Positions 34,390 through 50,717 are shown, numbered from the stretch's first letter. The stretch is 64,000 nucleotides of DNA from an uncultured Acidimicrobiaceae bacterium (GCA_913041415.1 CAJWHS010000003.1:603-64602), one strand, 5' to 3'. The notes: a model not told the origin generated them from the letters alone. Program-made: numbers and translations.

Positions 34390-36519
34390 TCAGAACGCTG
34401 CGGCCGTGTGCCACCCGGCGTGGATCGCCCCTTCGAGATAGCCCACCCCGCCCGCATCACCGATCACGATCGGCTCGAAGCCGGCTTCCGTGAAGGCCTC
34501 GGCCACGGCGAGATCACCATCAACCAGTTGAGCGATCACGACGGTGTCGGCAGCCGCGCCGGCATCGCCCTCGTCGGTCGACCAGGTGACGGTGTCGGCC
34601 CCGATCTCGATGTCGCGGGCACCGGTGACGAGCGCGACGCCGTGATCACGGAGATCGCCGAGCACACGCCAACGCCGAGGATGGGCCATCTCAAGTGCGA
34701 GTTTGTCGCCTTCCTCAAGCACGGTGACCTGCCGATCTCGTTCCATCAAGAACTCGGCGAGTTCGGCGCCGACGAGACCACCGCCGATGATCACAACCCG
34801 CTTCCCCACCGGCATGTACTGCTCGGTGAACTTGGCGAGGATCCCAGGGTCGTCGATCAAGCCGACCCGACGACCGATGCCGAGCGCGAGACGAGCCGGC
34901 AACGAAAGCTTCTTCGCCACCCCGGTGGCGCCAGCACCGGTGAGCAACTCGCGAAAGTCGTCGCCGTCGAAGACGTGCGAGCGGTCGGCTCCGGGCAACG
35001 TCGAGCGCGTGCGGGCCGCCCCGGTCGCCACCACGACATGATCGGGCGAGAGCGCAGCAACGGCGTCGGAGGTTGCGGTCGTGGCCGTGCGGACGTCGAC
35101 CGCCAGGCGCCGCATCTCGTGCTCGTACCACCTGAGCAGCCGAAGGTTGGGTTCGTAGAGCAGCGCCGCAAAACGCAACGCTCCGCCGATGTTCCCCGAC
35201 GCCTCGAAGACGGTGACGTCGTGCCCTCGCAGGGTTGCGACGCGAGCGACCTCGAGTCCGGCAGGTCCGCCACCGACGACCACGATCTTCTTCGGCGTCT
35301 CGGCCGGCGTGGACTCGACGGCACCGAGTTCGGACTCACGGGCGAGCACGGGATTCACCGCACACTTCACCCGACGGTCGAAGAAAGGCTGGGCGACGCA
35401 GACGTAGCAGTTGATGCAGGGCCGGATCTCCTCGACCCGGTTCTCGCGGACCTTTAGTCCCGTCTCAGGGTCAGCAAGCATCTGACGCCCCATCGCGACG
35501 ATATCGGCCTTGCCGTGACCGATCATCTGGTCGCCGGTGCTCGGCCGGATCCGCCCGACGGCAATCACCGGGACCGGAAGCGCCTCGGTGAGACGACCGC
35601 TGAGCGCTGCGTGCTTCGCCTCCTGGTCGAGGATCATGCCGTCGGTGAACGCCTGGCCCGAGGTCATGTCCCCATAGGCGGACAGATGAATGGCGTCGGC
35701 CCCGGCTTGGACTGCGAGCCGGGCAGTGATCTCACACTCGTCGAACGTGATGCCGTCGGGGGTTCGATACTCAAGCGCATCGAGGCGCACCCAAACCGGG
35801 AAGTCTCCACCGGTGCGCGACTTCGCTTCGGCGACGACCTCGCACAGGAACCGGGCCCGGTTCTCGATCGGACCGCCGTACTCGTCGTCGCGCCGGTTCC
35901 ACTGGCGCGACAAAAACCCCGAGAGCAGATAGCCGTGGGCGCCGTGAATTTCGACGGCGTCGAACCCAGACACTCGGGCGCGGACGACTGCGTCGCCGAG
36001 TTGCTCGGTGATCGCAGCGATCTCGTCGGTGGTCATGGCCTGGAACTGCGGCTTCATGTCGGCGCCACCTGATGCAGCCGCCATCGCCATCAGTTCGTCG
36101 ATCGACAAGTCGTTGATCATGTCGAGCGAGCCGTGCCACTCGGGCAGCGACGGCACATAGACCGGGTCGCCGTTAGCGACATCGACCCGGCTGATCTTGC
36201 CGTGATGCACCAACTGCACGGCGATCTTTGCACCATGGCGATGGACGGCGTCGGTGAGCTTGCGCAGCGCCGCGATGTAGCGATCGTCCGACATCGCCAA
36301 CTGGTGGACCGAGTTAGCGCCATGCGGGTAGGCAAAGGCAGCGACCTCGGTGACGAGAAGTCCGGCACCGCCAGCGGCTCGTGCTTCGTAATAGGCGATG
36401 ACCTCGTCGTTGGCCATGCCGTCGTCACCGACGATCTCGACACCCATTGGCGCCATGGCGATGCGGTTGGCCACCGTCATCGAACCGATCTTCACGGGCG
36501 CAAGGAGATGCTCGGTCAT
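34390..36519 (-). CDS. NADPH-dependent 2,4-dienoyl-CoA reductase-like flavoprotein (OYE-like domain + FAD/NAD(P) domain)
   Basis: 709 aa with an N-terminal old-yellow-enzyme TIM barrel (NRIAMAPM, GFDAVEIHGAHGYL), a 4Fe-4S Cys cluster (CINCYVC...C), and C-terminal GGGPAG and GGGLVG dinucleotide folds. Confidence 0.85.
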   Translation of the reverse strand: MTEHLLAPVKIGSMTVANRIAMAPMGVEIVGDDGMANDEVIAYYEARAAGGAGLLVTEVAAFAYPHGANSVHQLAMSDDRYIAALRKLTDAVHRHGAKIAVQLVHHGKISRVDVANGDPVYVPSLPEWHGSLDMINDLSIDELMAMAAASGGADMKPQFQAMTTDEIAAITEQLGDAVVRARVSGFDAVEIHGAHGYLLSGFLSRQWNRRDDEYGGPIENRARFLCEVVAEAKSRTGGDFPVWVRLDALEYRTPDGITFDECEITARLAVQAGADAIHLSAYGDMTSGQAFTDGMILDQEAKHAALSGRLTEALPVPVIAVGRIRPSTGDQMIGHGKADIVAMGRQMLADPETGLKVRENRVEEIRPCINCYVCVAQPFFDRRVKCAVNPVLARESELGAVESTPAETPKKIVVVGGGPAGLEVARVATLRGHDVTVFEASGNIGGALRFAALLYEPNLRLLRWYEHEMRRLAVDVRTATTATSDAVAALSPDHVVVATGAARTRSTLPGADRSHVFDGDDFRELLTGAGATGVAKKLSLPARLALGIGRRVGLIDDPGILAKFTEQYMPVGKRVVIIGGGLVGAELAEFLMERDRQVTVLEEGDKLALEMAHPRRWRVLGDLRDHGVALVTGARDIEIGADTVTWSTDEGDAGAAADTVVIAQLVDGDLAVAEAFTEAGFEPIVIGDAGGVGYLEGAIHAGWHTAAAF

Positions 36520-36564
36520 CGCGCGGGACCGTAGCGAACCGCGCCCGACGGCGGCGAAATCACC

Positions 36565-37968
36565 TCAGTACCGGACGGCGCCGTCGATCACTGCGGCGTT
36601 CGCAACTGCAGCCGCGACGGCAGGCGCCACCGTGTGATCGAACACAGAGGGCACGACGAAGTTCGGAGTGAGATCGTTCTCGTCGACGGTGGCGGCAATG
36701 GCGTGGGCGGCCGCGACCTTCATCGACTCGGTGATGCTGTGGGCGCCGACATCGAAGGCCCCCCGGAAGATGCCGGGGAACGCCAGCACGTTGTTGATCT
36801 GGTTTGGGAAGTCACTCCGGCCGGTGGCCATGACCGCAGCAAGCCCGTCAGCCGCCTCAGGACGGATCTCCGGATCGGGATTAGCCATGGCGAAAACGAT
36901 CGGATTCGGCACCATCTTGCGAAGGTCACTTGCGTCGATCAGGTCGGCGGCGGACACGCCGATGAAGATGTCGGCGCCTTCGAGCACGTCCTGGAGGGTC
37001 CCGGCCTTGCGATCGGGATTGGTGTGCTCGGCGAACCACTCCTTCGCGAAGTTCAGTCGGTCGCGACCCGAGTAGACCGAGCCGGTGGAGTCGACACCGA
37101 CGAGTTCGCCGTACCCGGCGTCGCGCAGGATCTTGCCGATGGCGAGGCCCGCAGCGCCCATGCCGGAAATGACGACCGAACAGTCCTCCGGTTTCTTGTC
37201 GATTAGCTTCAGGCTGTTGGTGAGGCCAGCGAGGGTCACCACCGCCGTGCCGTGCTGATCATCGTGGAAGACCGGGATGTCGAGACGTTCCTTGAGGGTG
37301 TCCTCGATGGTAAAGCACGCCGGTGCGGCGATGTCCTCGAGGTTGATGCCACCGAAGGTCGGGGCGATCCGCTCGACGGTCTCGATGATCTCGTCGGGGT
37401 CCTTCGTGTCGAGGCAGATCGGGAAACCGTCGACGCCGGCGAACTCCTTGAACAGCAGCGCCTTGCCCTCCATGACCGGCATGGCCGCTTCGGGACCGAT
37501 ATCGCCGAGGCCGAGCACGGCGGTGCCATCGCTGACGATGGCGACCGTGTTTTTCTTGATCGTGTACTCGTGGGCCTTGGCCACGTCGTCGTGGATGGCC
37601 ATGCACACGCGGGCGACGCCAGGGGTGTAGGCCATGGCGAGATCGTGGGCGTCGGCGACGCCGCACAACGGCAGCACCTCGATCTTGCCGCCTTCGTGGA
37701 TGCGGAAGGTGCGGTCCCACCATTCGACCACGGTGACACCCGACAAGGTCTCCGCCACCTCGACGAGTTTGCGACCGTGGGCCTCATCGCGGGCGTGGAT
37801 ATCGATGGTGCGCGAGACGCTGGGGCCCTTGGCCTCGAAGCCGGTAGCGCCGGCGATGTTGCCGCCGGCTTCGCCAATGGCGACGGCGAAACGGCCGAGG
37901 GTGCCGGGAACGTTGTCGAGAACGATCTTCAGCCCGATGGAGTAGGCGGCGGTCGGGACCTTGCTCAT
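36565..37968 (-). CDS. NAD(P)-dependent malic enzyme with N-terminal ACT-like domain
   Basis: 467 aa with motifs [29 protein letters not shown] and the GAGAAG NAD fold. Confidence 0.92.
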   Translation of the reverse strand: MSKVPTAAYSIGLKIVLDNVPGTLGRFAVAIGEAGGNIAGATGFEAKGPSVSRTIDIHARDEAHGRKLVEVAETLSGVTVVEWWDRTFRIHEGGKIEVLPLCGVADAHDLAMAYTPGVARVCMAIHDDVAKAHEYTIKKNTVAIVSDGTAVLGLGDIGPEAAMPVMEGKALLFKEFAGVDGFPICLDTKDPDEIIETVERIAPTFGGINLEDIAAPACFTIEDTLKERLDIPVFHDDQHGTAVVTLAGLTNSLKLIDKKPEDCSVVISGMGAAGLAIGKILRDAGYGELVGVDSTGSVYSGRDRLNFAKEWFAEHTNPDRKAGTLQDVLEGADIFIGVSAADLIDASDLRKMVPNPIVFAMANPDPEIRPEAADGLAAVMATGRSDFPNQINNVLAFPGIFRGAFDVGAHSITESMKVAAAHAIAATVDENDLTPNFVVPSVFDHTVAPAVAAAVANAAVIDGAVRY

Positions 37969-38105
37969 GACCCGGGACGCTAGCGGGGCCGCCGGTCCTA
38001 GCCCCCATGCAGCCCGTCAGCCGTCTTTCCGTTCTCGCCGACACGCAGTAACAGGCCTCGGCGCCATCCCAGAAAGCAGATTGATCCCTCGTTAGAGTCC
38101 ATCAC

Positions 38106-38513
38106 ATGGCACCCCGTCCCGGAGAGATGACCGACGAGCACAAGGCTGCTCTGGCAGAAGGCCGCGCTCAGGGCAGCGCTGTGCGCGCCTACCTCGAAGC
38201 TCTCGAGAGCCACAAACCGAAGCGCGGCCGCAAACGCACGCCCGAGACCATCCGGGCGCGGCTTACGACAGTCGATGCGGCCATCAAACAGGCCGACCCG
38301 ATGAGCCGGCTCCAGATGATTCAGGAGCGCATGGATCTCACAGCCGAACTCGAGGCAGCCGAACGGCCAATCGACCTCAGCGCCCTCGAGGATCGGTTCG
38401 TTGCGGTGGCCAAGGCCTACAGCGAACGCAAGGGCATCTCCTACACCGCATGGAAGGAGTTCGGGGTTCCCACCCCGCTCCTCAAGCGGGCAGGCATCAC
38501 CCGCGTGAGCTGA
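38106..38513 (+). CDS. hypothetical small basic protein
   Basis: 135 aa with good coding-like composition. It has a basic KPKRGRKR patch and a C-terminal helix-rich segment ISYTAWKEFGVPTPLLKRAGI. I recognise no family. Confidence 0.55.
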   Translation: MAPRPGEMTDEHKAALAEGRAQGSAVRAYLEALESHKPKRGRKRTPETIRARLTTVDAAIKQADPMSRLQMIQERMDLTAELEAAERPIDLSALEDRFVAVAKAYSERKGISYTAWKEFGVPTPLLKRAGITRVS

Positions 38514-39938
38514 TCAAACCCGGACCTCGGCGCCAGCTGACGCAGCCTCGGGGTGCGCAGCCAAGACGCCGTTTGCACGGGCGATGACTCGCGCCACCTG
38601 CGTCATGGCCGTGCCGGTGAACTCCTGGGGATTCTCGAGCAACGCCTCTAGCTCGTCGCGGTCGAGCGGCATCAACGAGTCGCCGGCAAGGCGGTCGACG
38701 AGCGACGCGTGATCGCCACCTTCGCGCCGGTCGAGTGCGGCAGCCACGGCGTGTTCCTTGACCAGTTCATGTGCCGCTTCGCGGCCGAGCCCACCATCGA
38801 CCGCAGCGGTCAGAATGCGGGTGGTCGCGAGGAAGGGGAGGTCGCGGCGCAGCTCAGCCTCGACGACCACCGGGAAGACCCCGAACTCATCGAACACGCT
38901 GAGCGCAGTCTGGATGAGACCGTCGGCAGCCATGAAGGCGTCGGGCAACATGACCCGCCGCACTACAGAGCAGCTCACGTCGCCCTCGTTCCACTGGCGG
39001 CCGGCCAAGCCCGCGGCCATGGTGAGGTGGCCGTCGATAACGAGCTTGAGACCGTTGACCCGTTCAGCGCTTCGGGCGTTCATCTTGTGCGGCATCGCCG
39101 AGGAGCCGACCTGGCCCGGGCGGAAGCCCTCGGTCGCCAACTCGTGACCAGCCATGAGGCGAAGCGTGGTGGTCGCGCTCGACGGAGCCGACACGGCCTG
39201 CGCGATCGCCGACACGACGTCGAGGTCGAGCGAACGGGGATAGACCTGGCCGACCGAGTCGAGCACCCGCGAGAAACCGAGGTGTTCGGCGACCGCCTGC
39301 TCGAGTTCATCGACACGATCGGGATCCCCAAGCAGATCCAGTTGGTCGAGACGAGTACCGACCGGGCCCTTCAAACCGCGGAGTGGATAGCGAGCAAGGA
39401 GCTCCTCGACTCGCTCAACCCCGATCATCGTCTCTTCCGTAACATCGGCAAACCGCTTGCCGAGGGTGGTGGCCTGGGCGGCGACGTTGTGGGTGCGGGC
39501 GACCATCACCTCGCCTGCGTGACGCTCGGCCAGCGACGAGAAACAGGCGAGGAGGGCGACGAGACGGTCGCGCAAAATCTCGAGCGATCGCCGGACCTGG
39601 AGTTGCTCGACGTTCTCGGTGAGATCGCGCGAGGTCATCCCCCGATGGATGAGTTCGTGACCGGCCAACGCGCAGAACTCGTCGATGCGGGCCTTGACGT
39701 CGTGGCGGGTGATCGCCTCGCGCTCAGCGATCGACGCCAGGTCGACCTGGTCTTTGACCGCCTCGTAGGCCTCGATTGCTTCGTTGGGCACGGTGACGCC
39801 GAGTCGCTGCTGCGCCCGCATCACGGCGATCCACAGTTCGCGCTCAAGCACAACCTTGCGCTCGGGGGACCAGACCTCATTCATCGCTTCGCTCGCATAG
39901 CGAGCCGAGAGCACGTTCAGCATTGGATCTGTCGTCAT
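38514..39938 (-). CDS. purB: adenylosuccinate lyase
   Basis: 474 aa fumarate-lyase family protein with the signature SSAMPHKMN and a PurB-type C-terminal domain. Confidence 0.95.
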   Translation of the reverse strand: MTTDPMLNVLSARYASEAMNEVWSPERKVVLERELWIAVMRAQQRLGVTVPNEAIEAYEAVKDQVDLASIAEREAITRHDVKARIDEFCALAGHELIHRGMTSRDLTENVEQLQVRRSLEILRDRLVALLACFSSLAERHAGEVMVARTHNVAAQATTLGKRFADVTEETMIGVERVEELLARYPLRGLKGPVGTRLDQLDLLGDPDRVDELEQAVAEHLGFSRVLDSVGQVYPRSLDLDVVSAIAQAVSAPSSATTTLRLMAGHELATEGFRPGQVGSSAMPHKMNARSAERVNGLKLVIDGHLTMAAGLAGRQWNEGDVSCSVVRRVMLPDAFMAADGLIQTALSVFDEFGVFPVVVEAELRRDLPFLATTRILTAAVDGGLGREAAHELVKEHAVAAALDRREGGDHASLVDRLAGDSLMPLDRDELEALLENPQEFTGTAMTQVARVIARANGVLAAHPEAASAGAEVRV

Positions 39939-40025
39939 GGTGTCACCGTTCCATTCCGTTCAGGGGTCTTCAAGAACCCGGGCTGATCGAGAGGCAGGCC
40001 ATGATGTCCGGCGATGCCCACGAGG

Positions 40026-44005
<3,980 letters not shown>

Positions 44006-44041
44006 GGGGGAACCTCCGGGTGCCGGTGCGGCGAGGGAAGC

Positions 44042-44068
44042 AAAGTTGAGTGCCTCTGACTCAACTTT
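44042..44068. promoter_or_regulatory. HspR operator (HAIR-type inverted repeat) upstream of clpB
   Basis: aaagTTGAGTgcctctgACTCAActtt has perfect 10-bp arms separated by 7 nt. It matches the HAIR consensus CTTGAGT-N7-ACTCAAG and lies 37 nt upstream of the clpB start. Confidence 0.75.
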
Positions 44069-44142
44069 ACCGGGGCTGATGTATTCCAGATCTGGAAGGG
44101 TTTGTTCGTTGGGGTGAGCAGCGCCATGTCGGGCGCGGCTGA

Positions 44143-45216
44143 TCACGTGTGGCGTAAGGCTCGAACGGAGAGCAAGGCCGTTGCGACATCCTCCCAGCGA
44201 CTCGACGAGGCTGCGGCCGCCGCCGCGAGTTCATCGAGTTGGCCTGCGGCAGCGAGCACCGCATCGGCCACCGAGACCGCATCGACCGCGTCGGCGACCA
44301 CGCCGTTGACGCCATGCTCAATGACCTCTGGGAGGCCGCCGACCGGGGTCACGACCACCGGTCGGCCGCCGGCGAACGCCAACGGGGCGATACCCGACAC
44401 CGTTGCGCTGCGATACGGGGCGATCACGAGGTGGTGCTCGGCGAGGATGGGACCGATCTCGTCATCGGGCACGTAACCGACCCGCACCTCGACCACGTCG
44501 GCGAGCATCCGCGTCGCGAGATCTTCACGCATCGGCGCAGGATCCTCCCAAAAGTCACCTGCGATCGTGAGACGGAGATCGACGCCGCGACGCCGCAATT
44601 CTGCAACCGCATCGATTGCCAGATCGGCCCCCTTGTAGGCCCGGACGAAGCCGAGGAAGAGCAGGCGAAGCGGTGGACGCTCCGGCATCGACTCAGCGAC
44701 GAGCGGCAGGTTCGGCGGATGTGGTGTCACCGCAATGCGTTCGAGTCTGGCGCGCTCACGCATCACGGCTGCAGACGTCTCGGCGTGGACGACCGCCCCC
44801 TCACAGCGACGCATCACCATTCGCAGCAACGGGCGAGCGAGAGGCATGCGTTCATGCGGTTCGGGGTTGTGTACGAACGCGACGGCCTGACGGCCAGCGA
44901 CCCGCAGCAGCACCCACAACGCAACGGCATGGAACGGCGTGACCCATGGGAACACGATCAGGTCAACAGACCGACACCGGCACCCTGCGAGGACCCAGCC
45001 GAGCGGGTTCCACCACCGCAACCGAAACCGCACCTGCCCATCACGCCGCGACACCGACGGCAGTTCACCCTTGAATAGAGCCGCCGGGTACAACGACTGC
45101 CACGACTCGACCACGACCTCATGCCCGAGACGCTCAAACGCCTCAACCGTGCGTAACCCATGCTGTGCGATACCGCCGCGATGAGGCGGTACGGGGCCGA
45201 CGTAGGCGATGCGCAC
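44143..45216 (-). CDS. glycosyltransferase family 4 (GT-B fold)
   Basis: 357 aa with a C-terminal GT1/GT4 motif (PS..E..G....EA.A.G.PVV). Confidence 0.85.
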   Translation of the reverse strand: MRIAYVGPVPPHRGGIAQHGLRTVEAFERLGHEVVVESWQSLYPAALFKGELPSVSRRDGQVRFRLRWWNPLGWVLAGCRCRSVDLIVFPWVTPFHAVALWVLLRVAGRQAVAFVHNPEPHERMPLARPLLRMVMRRCEGAVVHAETSAAVMRERARLERIAVTPHPPNLPLVAESMPERPPLRLLFLGFVRAYKGADLAIDAVAELRRRGVDLRLTIAGDFWEDPAPMREDLATRMLADVVEVRVGYVPDDEIGPILAEHHLVIAPYRSATVSGIAPLAFAGGRPVVVTPVGGLPEVIEHGVNGVVADAVDAVSVADAVLAAAGQLDELAAAAAASSSRWEDVATALLSVRALRHT

Positions 45217-45236
45217 GACGGCGAGGCTAGTTGCGG

Positions 45237-45620
45237 TCAGCCACCACGCCTGTAGATGGTGATGCTCTGCGCTTGATGCAGCGGCACGAGATCACGCCGA
45301 TGCTCGCGATGCGCTTCGGCAACGGCGTCGGCGGTCTGCTGGCGTGCGGCGCCGAGTTTCGCTTCGAGTTCGGCGACCCGGGCCTCGAGCTCCAGCACTC
45401 GCTTTGCGCCGGCGAGGTTCATGCCCTCGTTGGTGAGTTCCTGAATGCGGCTGAGCAGGGCGATGTCGGCGTCGCTGTACCGACGGCTTCCGCCACCGGT
45501 GCGCGACGGTTCGACGAGCCCCTTGCGCTCATAGATGCGCAAGGTCTGAGGATGCATGCCCGCCAACTCGGCGGCGACCGAGATGACGTAGACCGCCCGG
45601 TTGAAACGTTCGTTGTCCAT
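45237..45620 (-). CDS. hspR: MerR-family heat-shock repressor HspR
   Basis: ORF 45237..45647; the likely start is ATG ending at 45620, after GGAGAGGA. It has the MerR HTH (VYVISVAAELAGMHPQTLRIYERKGLVEP.R......RRYS) and is the last gene of the dnaK operon. Confidence 0.9.
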   Translation of the reverse strand: MDNERFNRAVYVISVAAELAGMHPQTLRIYERKGLVEPSRTGGGSRRYSDADIALLSRIQELTNEGMNLAGAKRVLELEARVAELEAKLGAARQQTADAVAEAHREHRRDLVPLHQAQSITIYRRGG

Positions 45621-45643
45621 CAGTTCCTCTCCCCTTTCGATGT

Positions 45644-46531
45644 TCACACGCCCAGGTGGGTGCGGGGTGAAACGTCACTTGCCGCAGCGAACGCCTCAAC
45701 CGCCGCCTTCTGTTCCTCCGAGAGCGCCTCAGGCACGGCGACGACGGCAGTAACCAACAGATCGCCCGAACCTCCCTTGCCACGCAGACGGAAGGTCTTG
45801 CCCGAGGAAGTGCCAGGCGGAATGCGCATCTTCACTGGACCTGCATCAAGGGTCGGCACCGAGATGTCGGCGCCGAGGGTGGCCTCGGCGAAGGTGATCG
45901 GCACGTCGAGCGTGAGGTCGTTGCCGGCCCGACCGAACAGGTGGTGGTCGCGGACGGTGACCTTGATGAAGAGATCGCCGGGCGGACCGCCCAACCGGCC
46001 GGGAGAACCGCGGCCCTTCAGCCGGATCTTCTTGCCGGTCGTAACGCCGGCTGGGATCCGCGCCTTGATGTCGCGCGGGCCCTCGCCACCGTTGAGATGG
46101 ATCGTCGTCTCAATGCCGTTGACCGCGTCCTCGAAGTCGAGGGCAAGATCGGCCTCAAGGTCATCGCCTCGCTGGGATCGCTGTTGGGCGCTGCGGAACC
46201 CGGGTGGGTTGCCGCCACCACCGCGGCCAAAGAAGCCGCCGAGCAGATCGCTGAGATCGTCAAACCCGACGTTGAAGCCGCCGGCCATCGGACCGAGGCG
46301 CCGCGCCTCGTCGTAACGCTTGCGCTTTTCCTCGTCGCCGACGACGTCATACGCCGCGGAGACCTCCTTGAACCGCTCCTCCGCTGCGGTGTCACCCGGG
46401 TTTTTGTCCGGATGCAGTTCCCGGGCGAGCTTGCGGTACGCCCTGGTGATGTCCTTGTCGGAGGCGTTCTCGGCGACGCCAAGCACCTTGTAGAAGTCCT
46501 TCTCGAACCATTCACGCTGGGGTTCGGCCAT
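45644..46531 (-). CDS. dnaJ: J-domain co-chaperone (DnaJ/CbpA type, no zinc-finger region)
   Basis: 295 aa with a J domain (DFYKVLGV...AYRKLARELHPDKN), a G-rich linker and two C-terminal beta domains. No CxxCxGxG repeats are present. Confidence 0.9.
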   Translation of the reverse strand: MAEPQREWFEKDFYKVLGVAENASDKDITRAYRKLARELHPDKNPGDTAAEERFKEVSAAYDVVGDEEKRKRYDEARRLGPMAGGFNVGFDDLSDLLGGFFGRGGGGNPPGFRSAQQRSQRGDDLEADLALDFEDAVNGIETTIHLNGGEGPRDIKARIPAGVTTGKKIRLKGRGSPGRLGGPPGDLFIKVTVRDHHLFGRAGNDLTLDVPITFAEATLGADISVPTLDAGPVKMRIPPGTSSGKTFRLRGKGGSGDLLVTAVVAVPEALSEEQKAAVEAFAAASDVSPRTHLGV

Positions 46532-46586
46532 CGCCTGCCTCCTTTCGTCTCACTCGCTGACGTTCATCAATCGATCCACGGATGGA

Positions 46587-47116
46587 TCAACCCTTCACCT
46601 TTACCATCGCAGCCCGGAGGACCCGACCGTTCCAGGCGTACCCCGTGCGCAGAACCTGGGCGACGACCGGTCCGTCCTGGTCATCGTCGCCGGGCTCACT
46701 CATGGCAGCCTCGTGCAGATTCGGATCGAACGGAGAGTCGACCTCGGCGATCACCTGAAGGCCGGCTCGTTCGAGCTCGCCCCGCAACTGACCAGCGATC
46801 GGTTCCACACCCTCGACTTCCTGCTGAGCCGCTGCGTCACACGCATCGAGCACCGGCAGGAGCGCCTCGGCAACCCGCGAACCGGCCTGGGCCGCTAAGT
46901 CCGAGTTGCGCTTCTCGGTTTGCTTGCGAAAGTTCTGAAACTCGGCGGACACCCGCTGCAGATCGGCGAGGTGCTGATCGCGCTCGGCCGTGACAGCCTC
47001 GAGCGCGGCGACGAGATCCTCAACCGTCACCGGCGCGTCAGCAACAGCTGTGTCGAGAGACGCCTCAGCGGCACCGTCCTCCACATCGGCAACCGGCGCG
47101 TCGTTGGTCTCATCGT

Positions 47117-47120
<4 letters not shown>
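46587..47120 (-). CDS. grpE: nucleotide exchange factor GrpE
   Basis: 177 aa with the motif R..AEF.NFRK and a C-terminal beta domain. The start overlaps the dnaK stop by 4 nt. Confidence 0.93.
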
Positions 47121-48952
<1,832 letters not shown>

Positions 48953-49116
48953 GTGAAGCTCCTTCATTCGCTGCGACGTCGCCGCAGATTACGCGCCTGC
49001 GCTATTTCGCAGGCGGTTTTCGGGGTGCCGGGCGGTGTAGCCACCCAGCGGTTTGTGGTTGGGGGACACGGAGGTAACAACCAGGCGGGGCGGTAATGCA
49101 TTCCCGATTGATCCAA

Positions 49117-49143
49117 AAAGTTGAGTGTGACTGTATCAACTTT
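49117..49143. promoter_or_regulatory. HspR operator (HAIR-like, imperfect) upstream of dnaK
   Basis: aaagTTGAGTgtgactgTATCAActtt has the same extended arms as the clpB site, with two mismatches in one half-site. It lies about 165 nt upstream of the dnaK start. Confidence 0.6.
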
Positions 49144-49346
49144 CCTCCGATCCCAACTCGCGTGCTTGACCGCCTGCGATCTTGGCATTGATCAACGGCA
49201 CGTCGTCCAAGAAGAACCACCCCGGACGCGGCAACGCCGGCCCCGACGACCCTCCAGGGGGGAGTGGTCGAATCGTCGGAACCGGCGATGCCGTGGATTC
49301 AGAACCCGTTCCTGGGTTCAACTGCGCAGAAGCGCAGGGTGAGGGA

Positions 49347-50717
49347 TCAGCCGCCGCCGACCGTTTCAAGGCCGTACCCAGACGAGCCGTGCTCGGCGAC
49401 GTCGAGGCCGGTGACCTCTTCCTCTTCGGAGACTCGCAGGCCCAGGGTGGCCTTGAGAGCGCCAAACAGGACGAACGAGGTGATGCCGACCCAGGCGGTC
49501 ACGATCAGCACCATAACGAGCTGCATGGCGAGCTGATCGAAGCCGCCACCGTAGATAAGGCCCGCGTCTTCACGGCCGAGGAATGCATCGTCGTACTTGG
49601 CGAAGAGGCCAATCGAGAGCGTTCCCCAGATGCCGCAGGTGCCGTGCACCGAGATAGCGCCCACCGGATCGTCAATCTTGATCTTGTCGAAGGCGAGGAC
49701 CGAGAAGACGACGATCGCACCACCGACGAGGCCGATGACCAAGGCGAAGACCGGGGTTACGGTGCCGACCGGGGCAGTGATGGACACCAGTCCGGCAAGC
49801 GCCCCGTTGCCCGCCATCGCCACGTCGGCCACACCCGTCTTGAGCCAGATGATGGCGGTGGCGCCGATCACACCGGCCGCTGCGGCGATCAAGGTGTTCA
49901 TGGCGAGGAACGGCACAAACTCGTCAGCGGCAAGCTCCGATCCGGCGTTGAAGCCAAACCAACCGAACCAGAGAATGAAAACACCGATGACGGCATAGCC
50001 GACGTTGTGGCCGGGGATCGCCCGGGGCTTCCCATCCTCGCCGTACTTGCCGATTCGAGGGCCAACCATGTAGGCACCAACAAGAGCGGCGACGCCGCCA
50101 GTGAGGTGGACGATGGTCGAGCCGGCAAAGTCTGAGTACACCGCGTCGCCAATAGACATCTGGGCGATAAGGCCTCCGCCCCAGGTCCAGTGCACCACGA
50201 CCGGGTAGATGATGGCGGTCATGACGGCGGCGAAAATGAGGTAGGTCGTAAACTTGGTACGCTCGGCCAAGGCGCCTGACGCGATCGTCACGGCGGTGGC
50301 GGCAAACACGACCTGGAAGAAGAAATTCGTGGCCGGGGTGAGGCCTGCCTCGAGATCGAATAGAACGGCTGGGTCAGCAGAATCCTGGAAGAAGAGATCG
50401 CCGAAGCCACCCAACCAGTCGCTGCCGCCCGAGCCGTAGGCGATGGTGTAACCGACGACAAAGAACATCGTTACGCCGATGGCCATGTCGGCGAGATTCT
50501 TCGCCATGATGTTGGCGAGGTTCTTCGCACGGGTGAGACCTGCCTCGACGAAGGCGAAGCCCGCCTGCATCAGGAAGACCAGCGCGCCGGCGATGACGAG
50601 CCACAGATTGTCCACCACGGCCTGCGGGGCGGAGTCGAGGTCCTGAGCGGATACTGGTGACGCCCACAACAGCGTGGTTGCCCCCAGTGTTGCGCCCGCA
50701 ACGGTTTTCTTAAACAT
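49347..50717 (-). CDS. amt: ammonium transporter (Amt family)
   Basis: ORF 49347..50741; the likely start is ATG ending at 50717 (MFKKTVAG..., signal peptide ending VSAQD). Amt motifs are DFAGSTIVH, GWFGFN and ISVHGTCGIWG. Confidence 0.93.
   Translation of the reverse strand: MFKKTVAGATLGATTLLWASPVSAQDLDSAPQAVVDNLWLVIAGALVFLMQAGFAFVEAGLTRAKNLANIMAKNLADMAIGVTMFFVVGYTIAYGSGGSDWLGGFGDLFFQDSADPAVLFDLEAGLTPATNFFFQVVFAATAVTIASGALAERTKFTTYLIFAAVMTAIIYPVVVHWTWGGGLIAQMSIGDAVYSDFAGSTIVHLTGGVAALVGAYMVGPRIGKYGEDGKPRAIPGHNVGYAVIGVFILWFGWFGFNAGSELAADEFVPFLAMNTLIAAAAGVIGATAIIWLKTGVADVAMAGNGALAGLVSITAPVGTVTPVFALVIGLVGGAIVVFSVLAFDKIKIDDPVGAISVHGTCGIWGTLSIGLFAKYDDAFLGREDAGLIYGGGFDQLAMQLVMVLIVTAWVGITSFVLFGALKATLGLRVSEEEEVTGLDVAEHGSSGYGLETVGGG

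Noticed and set aside
33883-34390. The tRNA-Glu/Asp/Phe cluster as a possible integration hotspot or genomic island border.
   Set aside because: There is no integrase, no duplicated tRNA 3' end and no compositional shift. The flanking genes are ordinary metabolic core genes (DUF2017, fadH-like).
38106-38513. The possibility that the 135-aa basic protein is an Lsr2-like nucleoid protein, based on the KRGRKR patch and the C-terminal helix.
   Set aside because: The resemblance is impressionistic. The Lsr2 N-terminal dimerisation motif and the RGR AT-hook context are not evident, so I left it as hypothetical.
49302-49337. Two short hairpins (gaaccc/gggttc and ctgcgc/gcgcag) just downstream of the amt stop, as a possible terminator.
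   Set aside because: The stems are only 6 bp and no U-tract follows on the relevant strand. This is too weak to call.
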